Origin: Hemiscyllium ocellatum
Taxonomy: Eukaryota
NCBI RefSeq assembly: GCF_020745735.1
Contig: NC_083404.1
Span: forward strand, 37,137,731 to 37,201,730
Direction: 5' to 3'
DNA: 64,000 bases
Shown in pieces: positions 1 to 11,590 of the stretch (position 1 is the first letter of the stretch; each line of letters begins with the position of its first letter). A model generated the notes under the pieces. It was not told the origin of the DNA and did not search any database. It saw nothing but the letters and a program-made list of their open reading frames with translations. The translations under genes and the position numbers were made by a program.

Positions 1-169
1 TTAAATATGTGAATATGGCATAGACTTTGGACCAGATAGTGCTGTACCTTTAAGACATTTGACTGTCATCACATATGACATTTCAGTATAAAGGTCCCAT
101 CTCACATTCAGTCATTGTTGTGTCATGGAGTAAGTGTAGCATATTCAGTCACCTCCATCTAGGTAACAA

Positions 170-300
170 ATAGATCTGAAGAAGTCATACTTGACTCTGA
201 ATGTTAACTTTGTTTCTTTCTCCACAGACGCTGACTCACCTGCTGAGGTTTCTCCATCATTCTGTTTCAAGTTTCCAGCACCTTCAGTATTTTGATTTTA
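170..300 (+). mobile_element. Penelope-type terminal-repeat relic with degenerate hammerhead core
   Basis: CTGAAGA-AGTCA-tact-TGACT-ctGAATGTT followed by the tctccacagacgctg..cctgctgag tail shared with other copies in the window. Confidence 0.55.
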
Positions 301-724
301 TATAGCTGCATAATGTACCCCAATAAGCACAGAACCCAGATTACGCATGGGTCTATGATACTGTCGTTGTGTGAAAAAGTGTTAATAAATTTCTAGACAT
401 CACCTGTCTCAACATGATTCAAAATCTTTGTGGACATTTTATGCAGACTCTAAAACATGAAAAACCACTAAACACTCCAAAAAGTATGAAACAAATTCAG
501 TCGAAATGAGGCTGGAAAAGAATGAAAGGTGACTGTGTGTTTACTTGTTACCTTTTGTTTGCACAATTTGTGGGACTGAGGTGGAAGTTTGAAAATGAAA
601 GGGGAGAGAGGGAGACACACACAGGTGCACCGTGGAACTACATGCTGCAGGCGACAACCCTCCCCTCCTTGATTTGTAGCCCCGCCCCTTCCGCTCGGGA
701 GGCAGGACTTCATCGGGTCACGTG

Positions 725-799
725 TGTGTTCCTCTCTAACTTGCCCCCGGAGCTGAGGGTCCCGGGTGGTGGTTCCGGTGTTGGGCGACGGATTCTCAG
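725..799 (+). other. STARD3NL: Probable non-coding exon 1 of STARD3NL (5' boundary unknown)
   Basis: Donor CAG|GTAAAT at 799/800 inside the CpG island; next acceptor at 3369/3370. TSS cannot be read from the sequence. Confidence 0.6.
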
Positions 800-820
800 G
801 TAAATCCGGGCGGCGGCCGG

Positions 821-888
821 GCTGGCTGGCTGGCTGGCTGGCTGGCTGTCGGTCGGTCGGTCGGCCGGCCGGTCGGCTGTCTGTCTGT
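821..888. repeat. Compound tetranucleotide microsatellite (GGCT)n-(GGTC)n-(GGCC)-(TGTC)n
   Basis: Read directly just downstream of the exon 1 donor. Confidence 0.85.
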
Positions 889-1322
889 GTCTGTGGGGGA
901 GTCGAGGCCAGGTCTGCAGATACTGGGCCTGGTTTCAGGGCTGTTCCCGGAGCCGGGCTGTCCCGTCCCGAGTCTCTGTGGCGGCTCCGGGAGGTGGAAA
1001 CTGAGTGAAATCTCATCCCGATCTGAAGCGGGTGTGAGTGACCCCGCCTCTCCGCCCGGGAGACCCTTCCTCCCCCTGGAGAGGCCCCAAGCCCTTTGGG
1101 CTCCCCAGGTTCACGTCCCAACTCCCCAAACCCACCCCCCCCCGCCCCCAAGTAAAAGTCTAATTCTTTCCTCCCCGCGTTATATTTGGAATTTACATCT
1201 CAGATACATTTGGCCACAATCATCCTGACAGGCCAGCTGGTGGAGTGACACAAACTCAGAACCCTCTGGAGTAGTAACTTCATTTGCACTCACTGAAATT
1301 ACCCCTTGTTTACAGTTAACCA

Positions 1323-1565
1323 TGGAATAGTCATAGTCACAGCATGGAAACAGACCCTTCGGTCCAACACGTCCATGCCGACCAGATATCTCAACCCAAT
1401 CCAGTCCCACCTGTCAGCACCTGGCCCATATCCCTCCAAACCCTTCCTATTCATATACCCATCCAAATGCCTTTTAAATGTTGCAATTGTGCCAGCCTCC
1501 ACCACTTCCTCTGGCAGCTCATTCCATACACGCACCACCCTCTGTGTGAAAAAGTTTGCCCCTTA
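1323..1565 (-). mobile_element. CR1 LINE 3' end
   Basis: Reverse-complement of CTATGACT tail, 3'UTR and RT C-terminus (ORF 1299-1538: VRVWNELPEEVVEAGTIATFKRHLD). Confidence 0.9.
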
Positions 1566-3410
1566 GGTGTTCAGATACTCACTTACCTTTGATATTCTGA
1601 CAGGGTCGGAGCAGTTGTTTAAACAGTGATAAGTTTATAAATAGATGTTGTCGCTCTCGTGTCTTGCTTGAACTTGTCACCAGTCTACTTGTTTTGACAA
1701 GTTCAGATAGGGTAAGCTAATTTTCCTCAGGGTGCCCTGATTCATATTGAAGCAGGTTTAGTAATAGATGGCACAGACAAAATGAAAATAATGTTTTGTA
1801 ATTTAGTTTTGTATTGCACAGAAACAGAGCCTATATCAGAGGTTTGCAAACAGCATTATTGATTTGATCAACATGAAGAAGAGCTGAGCTGGTTTTTTTG
1901 TTATTGTGTACACACCTTTATCAGCAGATGAGCTGAATTTAGTCAGGCACTTTGCTGCTTTATGTTCTTGTCACTGTCTCAATGCAACTTATTTGTCAAT
2001 CTTGATCCCTAATCAAACGTGTGAGGAGCCTCAAAGCACAGGGCAGTGAATGAACTGAGGTTACCTTCTCCAGCTGAGACTTTAGTCAAAGAGTCACCTC
2101 ACTTTACTTTCAGCCAATGTAAGGCACAAAAATGACCATTTGACTCAACTGTTCTGTGCAATTGTTTTAAAGTCTGAAATGAGAATCTGTTTGCCTGACT
2201 TAATCTCAACTCAATAACATGTTCTTTTTTTTTCGTGAATATATCTAGTTTTCTCTTAAATGCATCTGCAATATACTATTTACCTCACTACTTTTGATAG
2301 GAAGAATGAGGAGTGGCAATACAAACTAAGTGATACAATTTTAAAGGAGATGCAAAAAGACAAGGGATTGTTTGCACACAAATATTTGTTGAAAGCATGC
2401 CTGTTTAACACTGTAGTTATTACAGTATTTTGGGTGATGGGCTTCATAAAGTCCATTAAAAGACTGAGTACAAAAGTCAAGGAATTGTACTGAATCTATA
2501 TACAGGTAGAACATTAGTTTGATTCCAGTAGATATATTCAGTACAAATCCAATTTACGAGGGGCATGAATGCTTTGGAGGGGATAGAAAGAAATCTGTTA
2601 CAATGGACTCTGACGAGGAATTACTCGTATGTGGAAAGACTGAAGATGCTCACCACCTCCTCCCTTGAGTAGAAAAGGCATATTGTGGATGCTAGAAATC
2701 TGATATAAAAGCAGAGTGCTGGACATCTGGCAGCATCTGTGGAGAGAAAGACAACAATTAACAGCAAGCACTCGATTTGATAACAATATTCAAAGTCTTT
2801 GTTTTAAATATTCTAAATATAGAAACTTTGTAATGGCTGAAAAGTGAAAATCCTAAGGAGAGAAATTTGAAAAGGTTGGTAAAAGACCCTTAGAAAGAAC
2901 AAACTTATTGTGCAGTGAGCAGTTAGATTTAGAAAGGGTGGAAGAAACAGAGACTTCAAATGGAAACTGGATAAATGTTTGGAAAAGCAAGTTGCATTGA
3001 AAAAGTAGGGCTAACTGGTTTGTTCCTTCAAAGAGCCAATGCAGTCTTGATAGTCAAAATCACAATGCACAGAAGGAAGTTAATTCAGTGTTTCATACCA
3101 TGGTATGCACCTACCAGTTGACAGTTTGGGAGCTCACGGGAGCCACTCTCCTTGACCTGAGTAACCCTTCTTTTGGGCATCAGACATTCTGGTGGTTGGG
3201 GCTTAACACTGGGATGTGATAGTAGCAATTGGAGTTAGATTGAGAATGATAGTTATATTAATACAAGTTTCCTGGGCCTTACTCAAGGAAAGCAAACCAT
3301 ATGCTTTCTATTTTTACATTCTCCTGCTGTACTTCTTTGCTGAACACTCATATTTCTGTTCTTATACAGCTGCTCCTGGTGATGCTGAAGTTGCGGCAGA
3401 GCCGTGCAGG

Positions 3411-3629
3411 ATGAGCAGATTGCCGAATGTCCAGGAGGAAGCTCGAGCTGATCGTTTCAATTCCAGTGCTTCTCTTAGTACCACACATTCCATTCATACA
3501 TCTCAACTTGCAGCTAGATTAGAGCCTTACAGTGACAGGAAACCTATTTCTGATGTCAGGAGGACTTTCTGCTTATTTGTTACTTTTGACCTTTTATTTG
3601 TTGGTTTGCTGTGGATAATAGAATTAAAT
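3411..3629 (+). CDS. STARD3NL: STARD3NL coding exon (exon starts 3370, ATG 3411): MSRLPNVQEE...ISDVRRTFCLFVTFDLLFVGLLWIIELN
   Basis: Acceptor tatacag|3370; donor AAT|GTAAGT; ISDVRRTFCLFVTFDLLF is the MENTAL-domain signature of STARD3/STARD3NL; short N-terminus is STARD3NL-like. Confidence 0.96.
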
Positions 3630-6205
3630 GTAAGTATTAAACTTCTTTTTAATGTAGGCTTCTGCGATCAAGTTAATAGCTTTGTATATATCCCTGTGTA
3701 TATTCTGCAAATGACTTGTTGCCCCTGGTACCCTTTGACAACACATGCAGACTGGGTTAAGTTGATCAAATTGTTTGAAATGGAAGAAGTGTGATGAGAG
3801 GCTCAGATAGAGAATTGAGATGAGTTGGTGAGTTAACCATGCTGGGAATGGATGGATAGAGGCTTTGATAAAATATGGATAGCATGTGGTTAACAATTAT
3901 AACCATCCGTCAATGAGACTAACTACTTTTTTGGAGATCAAAGGACCAAATATTTTTTGTACTTTTTAAAATAGTTTTATTTTATTGCCATTGTGAGAGT
4001 CTCTCCTCTTAAGTCACTAAATGTAAGTTTGGCTGGTATCTCTGCACATTGCTAGTCACATGTTTAACAACTTAGCCACACTTAGGCAAAGTGTCACCTC
4101 ACTTTATGCACACTCTCGATCAGTGTAAGGCACAAAAGTTACCATTTGACTCGACTGGTCTATGCAAGAAGGCAGAGTCAAGGTTATTTGTGCACAAATC
4201 TTTGACGTAAGCATGACTGTTTAACAAAGCAGTTAATACAGTATTTTGAATAATGCACTTTATAAAGGACTGAGTACAAAATTCAGGAAAATGAACCGAG
4301 TCCATATCAAATACTAATTTGACGCCAATAGTTGCGTTGAATCCAAATCTAATTTAGGACGGGCATGAACACTTTGGAAGGGACACAGATTTATTAAAAT
4401 GGTTTCAGGGATGCGAAATTACAAGTACATGAAAACACTTGTTCTCCTTTTGAGCAGAGAATTGCTGATTTGTTCCTCAAAGTTTCTTTCTTGCTCCTTT
4501 AGTCCAGCTTTACTCATATTTTAAGTTCTGTTTGCCACTCTAAATTTTCACATCTGTTCCTTAGATAGCATTAGCGATGTTCTATTGGTTGGATGACCAG
4601 ATTACATACAATGCTGTCTTGAAGAGATCTGATTGTACCTTCTTTCCATAGTCAGAGCACATTCCAGTGTGTATTATTTAAACCTTCATTAGTTTCAATT
4701 TAAATAGTTAATTTAATAAAATTCTGGAATTGATAGTTAGCCTCAGTAGTGGTGACCATGAAACTATCATTGATTGTTGTAAAGACCAATCATCTCGTTC
4801 ACTAATGCCCTTTAGGAAAGGGAGTATGCCTGGTCTGGCATACATGACTTCAGATTCCCAACAATGTGGTTGACTCTAAACTACCTTCTGAAATAGCAGA
4901 GCAATTTGCTCTGTTCGAGAAGGCCTCTCGCTACCGCTAACTCGAGGGAAATTCAGGAGGGTCACAAAACTTTGATCTTGCCAGAGATCTGCATATTATG
5001 TGTTTTAAAAGACTTCTGATAGATAGCTTTCCTTGTGTGAACCTCATTTAAGCTTCCAGTATTGCTGTACACTCAGCTTTAACCGAAATATAATCTTTTA
5101 GTAATTCCCGAAGGCCTGCCTAAACTCTACTCAGCAGATGCCATATTACAAGCCCCTAGAAGTTTAAGTTTCCCATTCCTTGCACAACCAGCTAAGAACT
5201 AGTTTCCAGAATGATTGACTGCAGTGTTGATTTTTGCCAAAATAGATGCTACTAACCTTTAATTTCTTCCACGCTCCCAGTTTGCAATTGTCACATTTTG
5301 AGTTTACCCCAGAAAGAATTGTCCCAATATATTTGGCCCATTACCATTTCCTCTTCACACTATGTACTTTTCGGACATGTATGTTAAGGGAGTGGGTTTC
5401 ATGTGTTGGACTAGTGGGTGAAAATGTCGCAATATTCCAAAGAGAGAGACTCTGTCTCATGTTTTCCTAGTTCTTTTTTCTGAGGCTCTTGGATTTGCAG
5501 AACTGAAACTGATTATTTTGGTTTAGTTTAACTTAAGGTCAACTTAATGGGTTTTTGGCATTCATTCGCACTTAAACTGATCCCACTGGTTTGAGGACTG
5601 TAAATCATTCAGATCTGTTTTGAATAATATGACCATAATAATATAGACTCCTAGAACTTTCCAATGTGGTGAGTCCATTTGGCCTAACATGTCCAACTCT
5701 CTCTGATAGAGTTCCGCACCCTGACTATGCCCTCTTATTTATTTTTCGTGATATTAGCTAACTCCATACAAATACACCCAGAGTAACAAAAAGCCAATTC
5801 TTTTGGATGTTCATTGAGTTATTAGTTCTAGATTTCCACGGTAAATCAGTATTTTGAAGAGTTTCGGAATGGACCACCACACTTACACTGGCAGTGATCC
5901 CATGGGAAACGTGATTAATAACCGCAATGTATTGGAATATCACAAACTGTATTGATTCTTTTAGGATAGCTTGATAATTTTATTTTCTCATGGAATGTAA
6001 AGTCAGCATTTGGTGCCCAACTCTAATTGATGGTGATAATGAGGGCATTTCTTAGTGTTTACAAATTCATAGTGTTTAGTATATCTGATCCATCTTTAAC
6101 ATCTGAATAACTGCCAATATATATCTGGATGTTTGATTATTTAACTCCCAGTTTCAATAACCATTGCTAGCAAAATAATTCCACTTGTGTCTTTTTGTTT
6201 TCTAG

Positions 6206-6283
6206 GTAGATGGTGGCATAATTCATAGTTTAGAAAGTGAAGTCATTCACTATGACTTCCATAAATCTTACTTTGATATCTTC
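6206..6283 (+). CDS. STARD3NL: STARD3NL coding exon: VDGGIIHSLESEVIHYDFHKSYFDIF
   Basis: ttttctag| acceptor, TTC|GTGAGT donor, 78 nt phase 0-0, matches MENTAL segment VNGGIENTLEKEVMQYDYYSSYFDIF. Confidence 0.95.
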
Positions 6284-6369
6284 GTGAGTAGATTTTCTCT
6301 TGAAATTCTTACTTAATGTGGCTTTAAATACTTTGCAGTTTTTAATCTAATTCTCTTTGACCTTCCCAG

Positions 6370-6447
6370 TTACTGGCAGTATTCCGATTCCTTATGCTGG
6401 TTATTGCGTATGCTCTGTGTAGGTTAAACCACTGGTGGATGATTGCG
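6370..6447 (+). CDS. STARD3NL: STARD3NL coding exon: LLAVFRFLMLVIAYALCRLNHWWMIA
   Basis: ttcccag| acceptor, GCG|GTGAGT donor, 78 nt phase 0-0; LLAVFRF..RL.HWW.IA motif. Confidence 0.95.
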
Positions 6448-7049
6448 GTGAGTGCTATGACAATATTGTTCTTGCTCCCTTTCTTAAGACATTGAAAATC
6501 TACTAAATGTCAGACAGAAACTGCCCTTTTCTTGAATCCTGGGCAATCGATGCAGTGGAAAGAAGCCATTATCATATCCATTTAGGAAATGTGTAGAATA
6601 AAATTCTTGCAAATTGGCCAGCAGTTTGCTGTAACCAAAGTCTTCAAAAGGGACTTCTTCTTAATCCAGTGACTTGGCGATTTACGTTGAGTGATCTGTC
6701 AGCCTTTAATTTAAGTAGCTAATCTGGTGCACACAAAAAAAATTTACTTCAAATGTTGTTTCACTGTCCCACATACTTTTGAACAATGCAGAAACGGTGA
6801 CCCCTGTAAGGGCTGGACAGTGCAGATAAGGTGTTGGGTAGTGATGACTTAATTGCTATTGTGTGTGTCTGATCGAATGAATAATTTTGGATAAAGTATT
6901 ATCATTTTCAGGAGTGGGGCCACCACTCCAACTTTTAAAGAAGGTTAGATTAATCTTTCATCAGTACTGAGCAGTGAATTACAGAATCTATAATTTCTCC
7001 TCCTGTTACTGTAAATGCTTCTTGTCTTCACTGTTCTTCTCTTTCACAG

Positions 7050-7103
7050 ATTACAACAGCTGTCACCAGTGCCTTTCTAATTGTAAAAGTAATTGTTTCC
7101 AAG
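7050..7103 (+). CDS. STARD3NL: STARD3NL coding exon: ITTAVTSAFLIVKVIVSK
   Basis: ctttcacag| acceptor, AAG|GTATGT donor, 54 nt phase 0-0; matches LTTAVTSAFLLAKVILSK. Confidence 0.95.
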
Positions 7104-7279
7104 GTATGTACTGACTTTGCATCAAAATGCTGAATAAAATAGTCACTAAGGTGAGACTGACTGCCCTTGAACGTTAAAGTAGCATTTGACAGAGTATGAC
7201 ATCAAAGAAAAATAGCAAAAATGAAGTCAGCTGTGTTGGAATTGGGTGGAAAAACTCTTCACGTTTTGAACTAGTACAT

Positions 7280-9830
7280 AGTCCAAAAGAAGATGGTTGT
7301 GATTGTTAGCAGTCAGTCATCTTACTCCCAGGCCACCACTGCCAATGTTTATCAAGATAGTGTCCTAAGCCACCCATCATCAGCTATCTCAAAGATCTAC
7401 TCTGCAGTCAGAAGTGGGCATGTTTGTTAATGATTGTACCTTGTTCAACACCAGACCTCAGATACTGAAGCAGGCTGTCTTTTCAACAAGGACTAGGTAA
7501 CATTCAGAGCTGATGTACACATAAATGTTACTAATCACTCAGATAATGGCAATCTCAAACTTGAAAGAATCTGTGTCTCCCCTTGATTTAACTGATGTTA
7601 CCATCATGAATTTCTCACAATCAACAAACTGGCTAACCATTGACCAGAAACTGAACTTGACCATCCATTACAGTTGCAACAGCAGGTTAGAGTCTAGGAA
7701 TTCTACAGTGAGCACCTCAGCACCTGACTCCCAAAGTCTCCCACTATTTATAAGGCAGAATTCAAGAGTGAAGTGGACTGTTCTCCAGTTTCTTGGATGG
7801 GTGCAACTTCCAACATTCCCCTAACTCAGCATCACCAATGCACAATGCCAGCAGTGAGAACCATCTACAACGTTAATTCACCAAGATTCCTTTGACAGCG
7901 CCTTCCAAACTCGTGCCCTCTAGTACCTAGAAGGAATGGAGCCCTGGGCTTGCTTTTTGTTAATCATCAGGAGATGTGGGCCAGCATTTATTGCCTATCC
8001 CTGCTTGCCCTTGGAGGTGATGGTGAGCTGTTTTCATGAACCATTGTGTGCAGGTACACCCACAGTATGTTAGGGAAGGAGATCCAGGATTTTGACCCAA
8101 TGACAGTGTAAGAAAGGTGATGTAGTCCAAGTTATGAGAGGAACTTGGAAGCGTCGATATTCCCGTGCATTTGATGTCATGTCCTTTTAGATTAGATTAG
8201 ATTAGATTCCGTACAGTGTGGAAACAGGCCCTTCGGCCCAATCAGTCCACACTGACCCTCCGAAGAGTAACCAGCCCAGACCCATTTCCCTCTGTGAGCA
8301 ATTTACCATGGCCAATTCACCTGACCTGCACATCTTTGTGACTGTCGGAGGAAACCGACGCAGACAGTCGCCCGAGGCTGGAATTGAACTTGGGACCCTG
8401 GTGTTGTAGGCAGCAGTGCTAACCACTGAGCCATCATACTGCCCCTTAGATTGTAGTGGTAGGAGGTTTGGAAGGTGCTGTCTAAGGAACTTTAGCGAAT
8501 TTTTATAATACATATTGTAGATGGTACGCTCTACTGCCAGCGTGTGTTTGTGATGGAGAGATTGAATATTCATGTTGCTTTGTCATGGATGTTGTCAAGC
8601 TTTGGTGTGCATTGTTGCAACTGCACGCATTCAGACAATTAGGAAGAATTACATCACATTCTTAATTTGTGCCTTGTAAATGAAGAGCAGGCTGTGTGGG
8701 GTAGGTGACTTGTTGCAGGATTTCTAGCCTCTGTCCTGCTCTTGTAGCTATAGTATTTATATGGCAATTTTCTGGTTAATAGTAACCACCAGGATGTCAG
8801 CAGTGGAGGATTCAGCAGTGGTAATACCTTCAAATGTAATGGGGCAATGGATAGATTCTGACTTGAAGGATATGGTCATTGCTTGGCACTTCTGTAGGGT
8901 AAATGTTATTTGTCACCTATCAGTCCAAGCCTGGATATTGTCCAGGTCTTGCTGCATTTAGACGTAGACTGCGTCAGTGTCTGAGGAGTCATAAATGCTA
9001 CTGAATATTGTGCAGTCATTAGCCAGTGTTCCCATTTCTGACCCCTATGATGGGAAGAAGATCATCAATGAAGATGGTTAGCTCTTGGATACTATTCTGA
9101 GAAATGTCTGCACCTATGTCCTGAAACCAAAATGTTTAAACTCTTAGCAACTGCAACCATCTATCTCTTGGTGCGAAGTATGACTCCAATCAGCACAGAG
9201 TTTTGCCACAGTTCCCATTGACTAGTTTTGCTGGAGCTCCTTAATGGCACACTGTCAAATACAGCCATGATGCCTAGAGCCTGTAACTCTCACTTCACTC
9301 TGGAGTTCAGCTCTTTTGTCCATGTTTGAGTCAAAGCCATAATAAAGTCAGGAGCTAAGCAACCTAAGCAGAACTTTAAATTAAGTGTCAGTGAGTAAGT
9401 TATTGCCAAGTAACTGCTGATTAATAGCATTGTGAAAGATTCCTTTCATCATTTTTACAGATAAGTGAGTGTGAACTGATGGGGCAATAATTAACCAGGT
9501 TAAATTTGTTCTGCTTTTTATCTACTGGACATATACGCTGAGTGGATGCCAGTATTGTAATCATACTGTAACAGTGTGAAATGTTAAAATGAATGTGTAA
9601 ACATTCTGAAGCATTGTTTATGGAATATTGTAAGGGTCCTTCGAACACCACCATCTCGAGGCTCCTCTACAAACCACCCACTGTCCTGATTTGGGACAAT
9701 ATTGCTGTTCATTCACTGTCATGGTTCAGAATCCTAGAATTCACTTCCTCCTTGTACTGGGTATACCCAAGGATTGTAGCAGTTCAAGAATGCGGCTCAT
9801 GATCACTTTCTCAAGGGCAGTTAGACATGG
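7280..9830. mobile_element. Cluster of old LINE (CR1/L2-clade) fragments in both orientations with a nested SINE
   Basis: Degenerate RT-like and 3'UTR sequence repeated elsewhere in the window (21.6-24.7 kb, 25.3 kb, 31.4 kb); no intact ORF. Confidence 0.6.
8187..8445 (-). mobile_element. HE1-type tRNA-derived V-SINE
   Basis: (TTAGA)n tail and reverse-complement of the A/B-box head seen at 10592. Confidence 0.85.
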
Positions 9831-9947
9831 CAATAAATTGAGTTTAACCAGCAACATCCACATCTTGTGAAAGAATAAATCCATTAAAAACTGAGGTTTT
9901 CTTCCATCACTATCTTTAATTTGTCAATGGTTTTCATTTTAATTTAG

Positions 9948-10068
9948 CTCTTGGTCCAAGGTACTGCCTTTGCTTATTTACTGCCAATCATCTCCTTCAT
10001 ACTAGCCTGGATTGAGACTTGGTTCCTGGATTTTAAAGTGTTGCCACAAGAGGCAAAGGATGAAAACA
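9948..10068 (+). CDS. STARD3NL: STARD3NL coding exon: LLVQGTAFAYLLPIISFILAWIETWFLDFKVLPQEAKDEN
   Basis: aatttag| acceptor, A|GTAAGT donor (121 nt, phase 0-1); LPIISFILAWIETWFLDFKVLPQEA is the conserved MENTAL C-terminal segment. Confidence 0.96.
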
Positions 10069-10591
10069 GTAAGTACATCTACTGCTTCTTTGCGTTGTCT
10101 ATTCCCCACAGGCTGTCCTCAGATAATTATAGGCATGTGATACAGATGGTACACAATAATTTGATTTGTAACACCAAATTTTGCAATGAAGCCAGTTCAA
10201 GTCCTAATTTTATCCACAAGACATACAGCAGATATAGGCTATTCAATGAGATCATGACTGATCTGATAATCCTCAACTCCACTTCCCTGCCTCTTCCCCG
10301 TAACCCTTGATTTCTTTTCTATTTAAAATTCTGTCTCAGTCTTGAACACGGTTAACAACCCGGCTTCAACGACGCTCTTTGGTAAAGAATTCCAACAGAT
10401 TTGCTATCATTTGAGAGAAGAAGTTCCTCCTCATCTTTGTCTTCATGTGCGAATCCTTATTCTGAGATTATGCCATCTTGTTCTCGATAAGGGGAAACAA
10501 TCTTTCCGTATCTACCCTGCCAAAACCCCTAAAAGTGTTGCATGTTCAATAAAGTCGTCTCTCCTTCTTCTATTTTTATTCTTTTTAAGAA

Positions 10592-10903
10592 GGGCGGCAC
10601 GGTGGCACAGTGGTTAGCACTGCTGCCTCACGGCGCCAGGGACCTGGGTTCAATTCCCGCCTCAGGCAACTGACTGTGTGGAGTTTGCACGTTCTCCCCG
10701 TGTCTGCGTGGGTTTCCTCCGGGTGCTCCGGTTTCCTCCCACACTCCAAAGATGTGCGGGTCAGGTGAATTGGCCATGCTAAATTGCCCGTAGTGTTAGG
10801 TAAGGGATATATGTAGGGGTATGGGTGTGTTGCGCTTCGGCGGGTCGGTGTGGACTTGTTGGGCCGAAGGGCCTGTTTCCACACTGTAAGTAATCTAATC
10901 TAA
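10592..10903 (+). mobile_element. HE1-type tRNA-derived V-SINE, near full length
   Basis: Pol III A box TGGCACAGTGG (10603-10613), B box GGTTCAATTCC (10647-10657), V-SINE core, CR1-like tail gggccgaagggcctgtttcc and (TCTAA)n end; lies inside an older minus-strand CR1. Confidence 0.9.
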
Positions 10904-11590
10904 ATTCCATTGAGTAGAAACCTAACCTACTCAATGTCACATTTTAAGACAGTCCCTCTGTCATGGTGTCAGCTTTGTGAACCTTCTTTGCACTGCCTGT
11001 AATGCCAGAATATCTTTCCTTACATGAGGGAGCCAAAGCTGTTCAAAGTATTCCAATTGTGATTTAACCAGTACCTTGTATAGTTTTAGCAAAATCTCCC
11101 TCTTTTTACACACTGTTATCTTCTAAATAAAAGCCGACACTCCATTTGTCTTTCCTATTACTTGCTGAACATGGTGCTAATGTTTTGTGATTCGTAGACA
11201 AAAGATCCCAATCCCTTTATTCCATAGCTTTCTGCAGTCTTTCTTCATTTAAATAATCAACTTTTTTTTTCTTCCTTGCCTCACATTTTACCATATTCTA
11301 TGTGCCAAGTTTTGTCTACTCTGTTAATCTGTCTATTTCCTTCTACAGACACCCTCACTATTAGCCTTCTCAACTATTTTTGTGTCATCTGCAGATAGTT
11401 AATGTACTATCTTCATCCATGTAATCTGTATATATATATCGTAAGTAATTGTGGCCCCACCACTGATCTCTGTAGCACACCAGTAACTTTAGATTACTGT
11501 CCTGAAAATGGCCTCCTTACCCCAACACTCTCTCTCTTTTATTAGTTCGCTAATCACCTATTCATGCTAATATACTACCTAGAACACCAT

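Larger units (their letters stand above)
640..1180. promoter_or_regulatory. CpG island / promoter of STARD3NL, with GC box (CCCCGCCCC 680-688) and E-box GTCACGTG (717-724)
   Basis: Abrupt GC- and CpG-rich block in otherwise CpG-poor DNA; contains a splice donor CAG|GTAAAT at 799/800 about 2.6 kb upstream of the first coding exon. Confidence 0.8.

Noticed and set aside
468-1228. Long ORFs (227 aa, 113 aa) over the CpG island
   Set aside because: Low-complexity, stop-poor GC-rich DNA including a microsatellite; no recognisable protein.
3216-3794. 192-aa ORF taken as a single coding unit
   Set aside because: Only 3411-3629 is coding; flanks are intron read-through bounded by canonical splice sites.
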